A stretch of 64,000 bases of DNA from Paraspadella gotoi (taxonomy: Eukaryota; Animalia; Chaetognatha): positions 15,444,770 to 15,508,769 of the forward strand of contig CM119271.1 in the NCBI GenBank assembly GCA_051294375.1, read 5' to 3'. Shown here piece by piece: positions 26,185 through 38,331 of this stretch. The translations under genes were made by a program, and so were the position numbers. Under the pieces are notes generated by a model, which was not told where the DNA came from, made no database searches, and was given only the letters and a program-made list of their open reading frames with translations. The first letter of the stretch is position 1. Each line of letters opens with the position of its first letter.

Positions 26185-28796
26185 TCAATCGTCGGCGTCG
26201 TCGTCGCCAGGTGGCGGCGTCCCCGCTTCGCCGTTCCGCTTGGGCGGCGGGGATCGGGACTTGGATCGACTCTTGGATCGAGACCGAGATTTGGATCGAG
26301 ATTTGGAGCGCGATTTGGATCGGGACTTGGATTTAGATTTGGAGCGGGAGCGAGACCGGGATTTGGATCTAAGGAGAAGAGAAGGACTATTTAAAATATC
26401 TCATTTAATAAAAAGATTTAAACTTCGAGTCGCAGTTGGATCTCGTACCTGCGGCGACCCCTGCTCCGAGAGCGGCTCCTGGAGCGGCGGTTCTCCTCGA
26501 TTAACTTGATCCTCTTCCCGTTGAGCTCCGTGTTGTCCAACTCGTCGATGGCGCGTTCCATTCCCTCTCTGAAATTAAAATTGAATTATATATATTATAT
26601 AACTGTTAAGAATGCTTTTATTCTTTTTTCCCCGACACCGTTTCCCAACATGCACCCTCCTCTTAACTCATGTCCCCCACTCACCTGGTGGTGAACTCGA
26701 TAATCCCTTCCCCCGCACGACTCTTGTGGGCGTCGGCGTAGTTGACCTCGCCCGCTTTCCTCATGTAGTCCTTCAGGTCTTGCCAAGAGACTCTCGACGA
26801 AAGATTTTCCACGATCAGACGGTAATTGGTTCTGGGGACGACGAATGTTTAAAATGCAAACTATACATTATAAAATATAATGCAATCAACGATTCGACAT
26901 ACCTGACGGGAGCCCGGCCTCGGGGCGGCGGGCCGCGGCCCCCGAAGGAGCCACCGGCGAAGCCCGGGCGGCGCGCGTGCTCGACCACGACCCGATCGCC
27001 GTTGAGGCTCCGGCCGTTGAGTTCGTAGACGGCGTCCTCGGCGTCGCGGGCGTCGTCGAACTCCACGAAACCGTAACCGTTTTTGATGACGACGTCGCGG
27101 ATGCGACCGTAGCCTTTATTGGGTGAGGATGATGGAGAGAAGAAAAGAAGAATGAAGGAGACGAGAAAGAGCGAAGAGAAAAGATGAGAAAAAAGAAAAG
27201 GAATTATTAAGAGGAAAGAAAAGAAAGAGCAAGGGAGAAAGGGAGGGAGAAATTAGGGGAGGGAAATAAAAAGAAATTAGATGACCCGATGATCGTGGTT
27301 TAGAATTTTTTTTTTTTTCAAAAATCTAATTCGAGGCCCTAAAAATTCAAAAGTGTTGAAACGTTACTTATTTTCTAAATTTAAAAGACAAATATATTCC
27401 ATTATCCTGGAAAAAGAAATCCGAGCATTAATCGAGTTATTAATAACGTTATTAATAACGAGAACGAGAACGGAGCTAATTAAAACTTTTTTTTTTCGGA
27501 TTATAAAATCCTTTTATTAAAAAGAAACTGCCGTCATTGGCGAAATTACCTAAATCATCACAATTCATTCCAAATAAAAAGAATAATGATAAAAGCCCCG
27601 AAAAAACCATTGCCTACCGATTTGCAAAACCACAACTCAGGACCGTCGCCCTCCACAACGTATCCTTTCCACGCGTCTACTTTTTTTTTACATCTTTTTT
27701 TTTCTCCGTCCCGCGAGAGACGCCGAAGGAGAGCGCGCGTTGCCCGTGGGAACGTAACCCGTGACGCGTGACGTCATTCCCGGCCGTAAGTGATACGTAT
27801 ATATATATATAGTATATATACGTATAGTGTAGTAACTATTTTTTTATAAAACTAGGTGACGGTTTTTATAGGAAGGGAGCCGGTTCCATTGTCAATCAAA
27901 ACCACCAACTAGTTTATTTTTTTAATTCTATTTATTATTATTATTATTATATTATTAAAAGCGCCAGTTTAAAGCGAAAAGTAAAGGGCGCATTTGAAAA
28001 AAAAAATTGGCATGTAAAAAGGAAAAAGGGAATAAAAAGGAAAGGAAAGAAAAAAAAGGAGAGGAGAGGAAAGAAGCGCCGGGAAGAGCTTGTTGGGGAA
28101 GAGCTTGTTGGGGAAAAGCTTGGTGGAGGGAAAAAGGAGAGAAGCGGAAAGGAGACGTGAAAAGGGGGGAGGGATTTCGTCGTGGAGCGTGGCAAGTCGG
28201 CACCGCAAGACCTCTGATGGCACCGCGAGACCTCTGATGGCACCGCGAGACCTCTGATGGCACCGCGAGACCTCTGACCCTTCGAGATTCGTTCGGCCCT
28301 CGGCCCATATCGACCCATTTTCATGACCCAGATTCACGACAATCTCGACCCGCGCGGCCCGACCCGTGTGGGGGCGACCCGTGTGGGCCCGCCTCGCCCG
28401 GGGCCACCTCTCGCATCTCTGATAGGGGAGAAGGGGAAGGAAGCGAAAATTGTCATTCCAGTTTCGCCATCAGAGATTTTCGCCGATTTGTCAAAAAAAG
28501 CTACTTTGGTTTTCTTGTTTGGATCGTAAAAGTTGACTTACCTCGTGGGTGGGTTTTTTTTATAAAAAAAAGGATTATTAACTCTGGCTCATTCGTTACA
28601 AAACTAAGACGTTTTTAAAATTGGAGCGTTTCAACGAGAAAATATGAGGACTCGTTGAAACTATCCTCCCTTCTAACCTCTGCTAAATAATAGAATATCC
28701 TCCCACGTTATCCAACTTACCCTTAAAAAATCTCTCCAAGTCTCGCTCGCTGAGGCGAGGGTCTCTTAGGCCGCCGACGAATATTCTGGTCCCCAT
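26185..28796 (-). CDS. Serine/arginine-rich splicing factor SRSF4/5/6 (B52-like), paralog A, most canonical
   Basis: Exons 28796-28721, 27113-26903, 26831-26685, 26568-26449 and 26368-26185. [54 protein letters not shown], and an RS domain with SRSK repeats. Confidence 0.93.
28199..28277. repeat. 20-bp tandem repeat (GGCACCGCGAGACCTCTGAT) x ~4 in intron 1 of SR paralog A
   Basis: Seen directly. Confidence 0.9.
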
Positions 28797-29845
28797 CTTC
28801 ATTCGCTCCAAACGATCAATTCGATGAGAAAAGACGACAAAAAGAAAAATTATAACTTTTTTCTTTTTTACGAAATCTGAAAGAAACAAAAAAAGTACAA
28901 TTTAAGAGTTGGAACGTGAAAAAAAAAACGTTTTAAGGTTTAACAATGGGAGAGAGAAGGCGAGTCAAAATGGAGAACGATGCCAAGAAAAGAGGCCGAC
29001 CCGATCCATCCGATTTTTTATGATAATGAGATTGGAAGGTCGTCAGCGCCGTCGGCGGACGGAGCGGGAATTTAGAGAGAACAAAAGGACAACGAGTCGT
29101 CGCCGTTTCAATTCATTTTAGAGCAGTTTGAAAGTTACAGATTTTAAATGGACTCATTTAACTATGAGTTGGCCTGCGATAATATAGAGAAAATGGAAAG
29201 TCAACGTCAAGACTAAACTACAAAACTAGCACAAAAAAAATATGATTATAACATTGCACATTAGCTAATTTTCCTTCAACGAAGTGAATCGATCCCTGCC
29301 TAATTACTTCAATACTATAATAATTGATAAAAAAATTTAAGACTGTGAAATAAATAATCGTCTTGTTTTGAAAAGGTGGGTCGATAAAAATGTTTTCCCG
29401 TACAAACGACTAGAACATCTGGAACAATCTTTTACGCTCATCGAAAATCAAGTATAATAATTAATATAGTGAAAACAAAATGTTTCGTTCAATTCAACCG
29501 ACAAATAAGTTAAGCTCTCTCTCCGCATCTGTCTTCTCTCCTTCCATCAGTGATAAAGTGTAGAGGTGATGGCATCACTGATGGCATCACATCACACAGT
29601 GCGAAATTCCTAGGCTGGTTGGTTGCTGTTGACTTTCTAGTTGCTGTTGTTTTCGTCGTAGTTTTTGTTGTTATTATCGTTGCCAAGCGACAGACGTTTT
29701 CGTCGAGTTCATGTCCCTCGGTAGCCGTGAGTGTCGGATCATTTCCTACATCCAAGCCACCCCCCGCGCGCTTCCTCGATCGATTTCACCCCACACAACA
29801 TCCAAGCGGATCGTCAACGCAATCTTCTCCCACGTTTTCTCCTCG

Positions 29846-31279
29846 TCACTTGAAGCACTTGTCGTAGGAACTCCTGATGTTGTTCTTGACATAAGTCAGT
29901 TTAGACATTGACTTTTTCCCGATGAATACTTTGTTCTTGTCGGCGCAGATTCGCCGCATGACGGGGAATCTCTCGACGAAGGCTTCGATGTTGAGGATGA
30001 GGAATTCCTTCAGTCGCGGGTTGCTCAACTCTCTCGGCCAACAGGGGCAGGAGAGGGCGAGCTTGCTGCCCACCTCGTGGAGGATGCTGTTCAGGATCTT
30101 GCGCGGCGCCAGACTAGGGTCGAAGATCATGTCCACCTGACCGGGGGATGGGGGGGGGGGAAATCGAGCTATTCAATATCATCCTGTTGCTGTGGCAACA
30201 GCCACATTCACAGTCACATTAACATTCAGTCAGAGCAACAGTCACATTCCTAGGAACATTCAGAGAAACGGCAAAAACAATCATCGTTGCGCCCACCTCG
30301 AAATCGTCCAAGGCCGCCAATTTGCCGAGAAGCGTATCCGGATAAACGTCGTTGACGCAATCGAGAGTCGAACCGGAAGAGGCGCCGTTGTAGGCCATAA
30401 CGGGGTAACGGTTCGAGGCGGCGACGGCGACGGCGGGGGATTCGATGGGAGGGCGCCAGGCGTTCTGTTCCGCTCGGCGCCAAGCGGATTCGTCGGGAGA
30501 CATCAAGGCGGTGCCTGGAAGTGGTAAGAGGGCGTCGTCGCGGTCGCTCGATCGCCAGGCGCCGTTTTCGTCGAGAGAAGGTTTATCGTCGAAACAGTCG
30601 AGCGGAATCACGTCGTCGTCGACGGCGTCTTGAGGTGGAAACGCGACGTCGTTCTCCACGTCGCCGTTTCCTGTAGAGGCGACGGCGTTCTTTCTCTCGA
30701 TTCCATCCACACAAAATTTTGAGTCTACGAGATCGAAAGGCATGACGTCACCGGCGGCGTCGGATTCGGCGGCGTCAAACCGCGCCGATTTGAACGGCGA
30801 CGGTTTTTCGAAAGGGCGTGTAACAAGTCGGCGCTTTCGGACGCTGCCTCCTCCGGCGCTCGAGCGGAAATGAGTTGCACTTGGGGTCGATGAGATAACA
30901 TCTGACGCGAGTATGGATGATAGAACAAAAACAATGAACATTAAAACTATCTAAATTTTCTCGAGACACTAAATTTTCTACCTCCCCCTCCCGGAAATCC
31001 GCCCGGCGACAGGCGCCGCTCTCTCAGAGCCGAGACAGCGGCGTCGACGCTGCACTCTACGTCTCCCGGCGCGGCGCGAAGTCCCTCGGCGACGAAGGCG
31101 TCGCAAAGACGGCGCCGTCCGGCGAAGCGGCGCTCCGTCTGAGTCTGCACTAAAACGAAGACCTCGGCGTCGGTGAGGGCGGAGAGTTTCATCGCCGCCT
31201 CCATCAGAATCGTCGTGGCCGAAGTCTCCAGCGTCCGGAGTTGAGTCATGAGGCTGAGGAGGTCCTGTGCCGACGCCAT
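29846..31279 (-). CDS. Uncharacterised ~398 aa protein with an N-terminal MADS-box-like segment and a C-terminal helical domain
   Basis: Exons 31279-30982, 30901-30297 and 30136-29846 join in frame (phases 1 and 0). TILMEAAMKLSALTDAEVFVLV resembles the MADS/SRF core GLxKKAxELSxLCDAEVALIV. An NLS-like VRKRRL lies in exon 2. Confidence 0.65.
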
Positions 31280-31703
31280 CCTCCACTCATTGGTGACAGG
31301 GTTAGTTTTTGACTCGACTTTGTTAAATAACTTTTTTGGGGAAAAAAAGGGTCAAATAATAAACAGCGGAGTATAATAAATACTAGCTATTCGTAAAAAA
31401 ATAAAATCTAAGGCACAATATAAACGCGATGAAATGAACACCTCCACCTTTAACGGTAAAAAATTTGGAATCCGATAATAATAAATAGCAAAACCCTTTC
31501 GTGCAAAACTTCAAGGCTTCGATGAAAACATGAATTGTGGAAAGTATTAAAGGCGACGCGTAGTCTGTGGTATTAATCAGGATTGATTACGTAGAAAATA
31601 AAAAGGCGACTCGGAATAGAAAATAAAAAGTTGAAAAAACTAATAAATTGTTCGCATTCGAGACTCTGAAAAATCTTAATCATCCCCGGAAATTCCTCGT
31701 CCA

Positions 31704-32763
31704 CTATTTCCGCACCCAGGACGAGATCTCTAAAGCCAGGGCGACGACGGCGAAGGTGACCAAGTTGGCCGACTCCACGAGGAGTTTGGGGGCGAAGACC
31801 GACCACACGAACAAGTGATAGCGCTGAAGGAAGCAGACTCCCGAATAAAAAGTCATTGGCGTCACGCGGCAGAGGAGGAGGTATTTGACGAGTAGCGCCG
31901 AGGAACTGGATTGTAAGAGACGATTATTCAATATGATCTTAAATGAGATTGAATTTCTTAATGTCATTTGTATATTGTAGTATTAATCTAATGTAATTAA
32001 TGCAAAACAAAGGCTGTAACAAATTTAAAGAGAAGTTAAAAATTTTAAACACTTTCTCTTTTTTACTTGACTCTTTTCCTGGGATCTGGCCAAAATAGGA
32101 GCGAGTTGAACTCACCAAGTTGGCTTTCTCTTCACTCTTGATTCGAACTTACCTCCTCCGCTCAGCTGATCTCCCTTCTTCCTCTCCCTCGATCGCCGCG
32201 AGTCGACGAAACTTCGACTTGAGATTTCGAAGATTCGAGATGAAGTGAAGAGGATCGTCGTAAGCGTCGGAGGCGGAGTCGATGACGGACGCCTCCTCGC
32301 GGCGAACCGCTTCCGCCTGGGATCACCAAATTATAATAATTATTACAATTGTTCTCGGTATTAAATTAAGGCTTAGGCCTAAATTTCAATCATCACCTGA
32401 TTCACGAGTCTGACTTCTTTGACCGAAGAAGCCTCCTCTTCCCCAGCCGAATCGAAACTTTCGACGAGCCCGACGACCCACAGCAGAGGAAGGGAGTAAG
32501 TGGCCAACCAGAGCAGCGCTCCCGACGCCAAGGGGGCGTGGCTCTTTAGCCCGACGGTGGAGGCGGAGGCGTCGATGGACGAGAGAGAATTGGAGGTGCC
32601 TGAGGAATTAGGATTCATACACAGTTACACACTCGAGTTAAATTTAGTTGCAACAATTAAAAATGAATGAAATAACTAACCCTGAGAAAAATAGGCAAAC
32701 TGTGAGGCCGAGTAGAACAAGAAGACGCGGAGAAACGGGTGGAGACGGAGGAGAGGAGGAGAG

Positions 32764-32801
<38 letters not shown>

Positions 32802-35800
32802 AGAGGAAAAGAGTCCAACTAAACAACGGACCCCGACGACGTTGAGAGCGACGACTGGGATGTTTCGGAGGCGAGCGAGAAGGAGAGAGACGAGGAGGAG
32901 AGGGGAGAAGAAGTCGCGAGGAGAGAGGGAGGAAGAGAAGAGGAGGAGGAGAGAAAGGAGGAAGACGAGACGAGGAACCGTCGTTGTCGTTGTTGTTGTG
33001 TCGAGGAAGAAAATTTGAATCTGGAAAAGTGAAGAGAAACGGAAGAGGAAGACGCCGACGACGCCTGAAAAAAAATAGAAAGGATTTTAATTGTTTAATG
33101 TTTATGATGTATTTAAAAAAGAAAAAGGCTTTTAATCGTTTAATGTTTACGATGTATTTAAAAAAGAAAAAGGCTTTTAATTGTTTAATGTTTACGATGT
33201 ATTTAAAAAAGAAAAAGGCTTTTAATTGTTTAATGTTTACGATGTATTTAAGTAAAGTTTAACAATTCTACCCCAGTTGATCACTCATTTGTATGGTCGC
33301 GAGGGAAGCAGGTTACTGACCAGCTACTTTCACACTCACTCACTCACTCATTCTCTAGTATAAAACTAATATTAAATCTCACCGAATAAAAAGAGAAGCC
33401 TTTGCGCGAGGTGACGCGTCCACGAGACGACGACGATGACGACGAGAGAACAAACTACGAGGAAACGAAGCGGCGCTCTTCCGTCGGACGAATCGAGGAA
33501 AAAAGAGATCGTAGGGAGATCGCTCCACTTTACGCCTGACAAGTTGTAGATTTGCATATGAATGTAGTTGACAATCATAAACCTTATGAAATAGGTACAA
33601 CCAATATACAATTATACATTCATTGAATAAATAAGTTATCTTGCCCCTCACTTGGGACAGGCTATGGTGATTAAGGCCTCCTTCACACATAAAAGATAAT
33701 AACATAGCAGGGCTCTCTCACAGTCTAGTTTATTCGTACCTGGCTTCCCTTTCAATGAAGTTGTATAATATTTTAAAGAATGTTTTAATTATTTAAAGGA
33801 ACAATCCCTTAAGTATTAGATCGGGGAATATTATATTGTACTCAGCACTCGCACTCATTCTACATTCTATATTTAAAAGTGGTTTAATTCAATCGGTGGG
33901 GGATTTTATCTTTCCCCCCGTTCCCCTCTAACCCGAAGGATTCCAAGATTTGAGAATTCGAACGACGACGAGTAATAAAAGAATTCTGAGAATTTGAAAA
34001 TTTCTTTGGCGATTTGTGAGAGAGTTCGTCGCTTCTGTCGACCTGGAACATGATGAAAAGGATTGAAAACATGACGGAAGGATGAGCAGGCATGACAGAA
34101 GCATACCCTTCTTTCCCCGACGAATCCGCGTCGACATCCGATGGCGAGGATTTTAAAAAGGCAACTTTGCCGCGGCCCCGTCGGACGGGGCGCCGCTGGA
34201 GCGTGGCGCCGTCGACGCCGGTATTCGTACCGACGCCGAATCGATCTTCCCAGGCGTAGGAGATCTCGTAGGAGGATGAGTCGAGAGTTGAGTTGAGAGA
34301 TGAGGAGTTGAGAGATGAGGAGTTGAAGGTTGAGTTGAAGGTGGAGTTGTCGTCACCAGCGCAATTTGAAGAGGAAAGGATTGTGGTTGAAAATCGACGC
34401 TTAAAGAATGAGTCGTTGTTATTACTCTTCAAGCTTTTTTACATATACATTTATTTAACAATATTTTATCATAAAATAAACTTAATCCACATAAAACTAA
34501 ACTTCGTAGTTGAAAAAATCTTGAGCGGAGCGACCTTTATATAAAGCATTAAGAGGCATTAAGAGGCATTAAGAGGCATGACGCAATCGCATGAAGCCAA
34601 AACCGAAAAATAAATAAATGGCATGCCCGGACTTGCTTTAACTGTACTGGGTCGAGTCTGCCGAAACAACTACTGAGTATAAAAATAAATAAAAATAAAA
34701 ATGACAACGACGACGAAGACGATAAAAGAAAGGAGAAAAATATATTTAATGACAATAGGCTAGATGTTGGACTCAAATTCTTGAAGAATCACCGAAACTG
34801 TCATCGTCCTCTTTGTAACTTTCTTAATAAAACATAGGTTCATACTCTACTTAATTTTAATTGATTATCATTACGTATTAATTTATATTAAGCCCTTTCC
34901 TTTTATACAGATCACGTGATATCGACATCCTACAAAAAATACAAAAATCCTCCAAAAATTACCACTCATCATAGACAGATTAGATAGATAATTAATAATT
35001 AATAGATAATTAATTAATTATTAATTATTAACGCGTCAAAAGGCTTCATTACCAGTGAATCGACACCAGATGATACGGGGAACTTTCCGTCGGCACAATT
35101 TGAATCCTCCTTCTTAGTTGTCGTTGTCGTTGTTGTCGTCATCGACCGGAAGAGGGCGAAGGCGAGCGTGGAGACGAAGAGGAAGAACCAAGAGAAATGT
35201 TCTTCCTCTACGAAGGAGGAGGAAGCGAGGGAGATAGAGTGGAGGAGGAGAACGAGGACGGCGAAGATCGCGTCGGGAGAGACTGAAGAGGGAGAACCCC
35301 AAGTTAATTAAAATTTAACTAAGATAAAAACCTTTTAACAAATACAAATTAAACTAATAAAACCTAAAACGGAGAATCCCTTTAATCGGCGCCAAACGTC
35401 TCCCCTTCGCCAAACCAAGATGGCGGAGACGACGAGAAGAAACTCCAACCAAAATGACGGCGACAAAAACGACGCCGCCATCGAAGACGCCGCTACGATG
35501 CCGGTCCACGTCACTAAGCTTCGGCGCGACGCCCCTTTTCCTTTATCGACGCCGTGGGGGGACCAAACCGCCAGCGATAGCAACGCCGTCGATTGGACGG
35601 CGCCGCCCACGAGCATCGGCGTCACGAGGTACTGAGAACGAGACGCCAGTCGCCGCGATTGGATGTCCTGTGATTTGGGAAACGGTTGTAGCATTTATTT
35701 ATCAATGATATTTATTTATTGAAAATTGGTACAACGAATCATTCTAAAAATAATTTGGACAATTGTTATTATTAATATCATTAAACTAATAATAACATTA

Positions 35801-38132
35801 ACATACGCTTATAATGATTAATGATGATAAATATATTGTAAAACATAACAATAATAATATTAGTATTTTAGTAATTCAAAAAATACTTTTCAACTTTCGA
35901 ACCTTTAGCAATCCATCCACAAGACTCCAGAGTCGCTGAGGGACGACGACGGGATCCGCGTCCGTCGATCGACAATCGGGATGACGATCGAGGACGGAGC
36001 CGAGGCGGAAGTCCGCGTCGGCGGCGGCGGCGGCGGCGGCAGCGGCGGAGTCGGCGCCGCAGTCGAGGGAAGGACAGAGATGCCGGAGGTTATCGCGGGC
36101 GATTGAGAGGGAGAAGAGCGTCGAAGCGGCGGAGGAAATGACCTGAAAAAGAGAAAAATGCCGTCAACTGTATATTCCCACCGAAAAATATATAATAGAA
36201 CTCGCCTCTCTAATCCCGATCCCCAGCGACTCTGAAGGGACGGCCACGCCCATCGCGTAGGCGATCGTCGGCGCCACGTCGATCTGTTCCACTTCGCGGA
36301 TCGGCGTTGGTTTAGGAGGCGACGGCGTCGTTGTAGAATTATGCTATTAGCCAAAAAAAAAGTCATAAAACTAACTTTAACATACATAATAATTTTTTCA
36401 TTATTGACGAACCAATCTGTGAGAAAAAAAGAGCAAGGGAGTCTTGGTCTCTTCGTCGGTGCTGCCACCGTGAGACCCGAGGTTCGACATCCCGTGGTCG
36501 CCGGTGACGACGACGAGCGTGGAAGAGGAGGAAGAAGAGTCGAGACGTGCGACGCCTTCGACGATGCGGCGAATGACCAAATCCATTTCCTGTCGTCATT
36601 GTCTCATTTCATCCACTTTTCCCATCACAATGACAATCTCTCATTACTCCGCACCTTGAGCTTCCCAGGAACGAGCGGGGACTTGGGCCCCCAAACGTGT
36701 CCGATGTGATCCAGACCCAAATAATGAAGGACCAGGAGATTCCAAGTCTTCGTCGGCGAAAGAAGAGAATCCAGATGACGAGTCACGTTGGAGTCGACGA
36801 CGGTGAAGTCGTTCACGAAAAACGATGTCGTGCCTGTGAACAATGATTCTCATTCCTTTATTCATTCATTCAATCTTTATTTCAGTTAATTTGATTGTTC
36901 AATCATTCTTTAACTCCTTTTTTTAATTGATTCATTCAATGTTTCACTCATTCTTTCATTAATTTTTAGCTAATTATTTCGCATATTTTTTGAATCTATT
37001 TTAACAAATAAACCATTTTTTTATTTTAAACATTAAAACCTCCATTTTAACATTATGTTCTTAAACCATGAGGCGCCACTCCTACCATCAAACCTTCGTA
37101 CTCGTCGAACTGCCCAGGGAAGAGCTTCAGCCAAGTATCGTCTCCGTAAAAGGCTGTCCTTTTCCCGGCGGCCTTCGCTCCGGCGACCACGTTCTCGGCG
37201 CCGGACGCCGACGCGAAAAAGTTGAGGACGACGTCGGCAAAACCGGAAACGGCGCCGGAAGTAAGGGCCTTGACGCGCGGGAGGGTGACGGTAGGCGGAC
37301 GGGCGAGTGAAGCGAAGCCTGGCGCAAAATTGAATGTAGTTATGATTTATGAATTAATGAATGAATAAATAATGAATTGAATGAATCAATTAACGCAGCT
37401 GACATTACCCAGGTTAAGCCCGCAACTTCCAGGTCCATAAATTAAATTAACTTACTGAGAAATGAACAATATTAAACAGGTTGCCAATAAAAACAAATGA
37501 TAGACCCAGTCATTCAATAAATGTTTAAACAAAAAAAAAACATTTCCCAACGCCTTCCCGCGCCGCAACGACTCGTCGACGAACGCCATCGACGACGAAG
37601 CCTCATCCTTTCCAGGAAACACATTGTCGAGTCTGAGGGCGTCACGACGATGAGGACGACGTTGTCGAAGGGCGCGCCCTCTGCAGCGAGGCACTTCCGG
37701 TGGAAGGCGAACGAGTGTCGTCGAACGAAGCGGTCGAGGGCTGAGGGATTCAAAGGAAGATTGAAGCAGAGTTCATTTCAAATGAGATTAGAGTTTCTCA
37801 ATCTTATTTGCATATTGCCGCCGTTTACATTATTTTACATTATTTTTTTACATTTTAATTTGTTAGTTCTTTTATTACTTTAAACAAAGTTTAATAATAA
37901 TTAAATTTTCCGAAATTCAAAGATTACACATTACTCCATTAATTATTACAATAATCTACGTTGATGTCCAAAAGATAAAATTAGGCTCGACTCTAAAACG
38001 ATTTTAAATAACTAACTTTGGGCGTCTCCGGTGGGGAGAGCGTCGGAGAGAGCGAGAGGAATCCCCTGAGAAAAGAAAGGTGGCGGCGAGAAAGAACAGT
38101 CGCCAACGTCGGCAAACTCGGCGTCGGCATCA
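31704..38132 (-). CDS. PIGG: GPI ethanolamine phosphate transferase 2
   Basis: Multi-exon gene with motifs VVLIVV(D)ALRLD, FYGDDTWLKLFP, TTSFFVNDFTVVDSNVTRHL, LHYLGLDHIGH, GDHGMSNLGSHGGS, VEQIDVAPT, SSFVEEEH, RILKSWNPS-GVKW, GTSNSLSSID and RYHLFVWSVFAPKLL. The start position is approximate and some indels are present. Confidence 0.9.
33070..33250. repeat. 45-bp tandem minisatellite x ~4 in a PIGG intron
   Basis: Unit AAAAAGAAAAAGGCTTTTAATTGTTTAATGTTTACGATGTATTTA. Confidence 0.9.
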
Positions 38133-38331
38133 TTCGCCGATCGAGGCTTCCAATCACTCTTTACATTCTTGTCTTCATTTCTCTTCACTTTTTTATCATC
38201 ACGAAACTAAAATGATCATTTCAACAGGAATAATTGACAACGACAACAAGGCCAAAATATATCCTAGTAGATTTAAAACTAAATAATACAACGTGTCGAT
38301 TACGTTGTCTCTCGCGTAATGTCACGTCATT

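Noticed and set aside
28199-28277. Short direct repeats as a CRISPR array
   Set aside because: The units are contiguous with no unique spacers, the context is a eukaryotic intron, and there are no cas genes. The same applies to 33070-33250 and 57821-57878.
33884-34432. 182-aa minus-strand ORF suggesting a second gene nested in PIGG
   Set aside because: It overlaps PIGG exons: another frame reads LRILLLLVVVRILKSWNPS, which joins GVKWSDLP in the next exon. The Ser/Asn-rich part fits the variable loop after SSFVEEEH.
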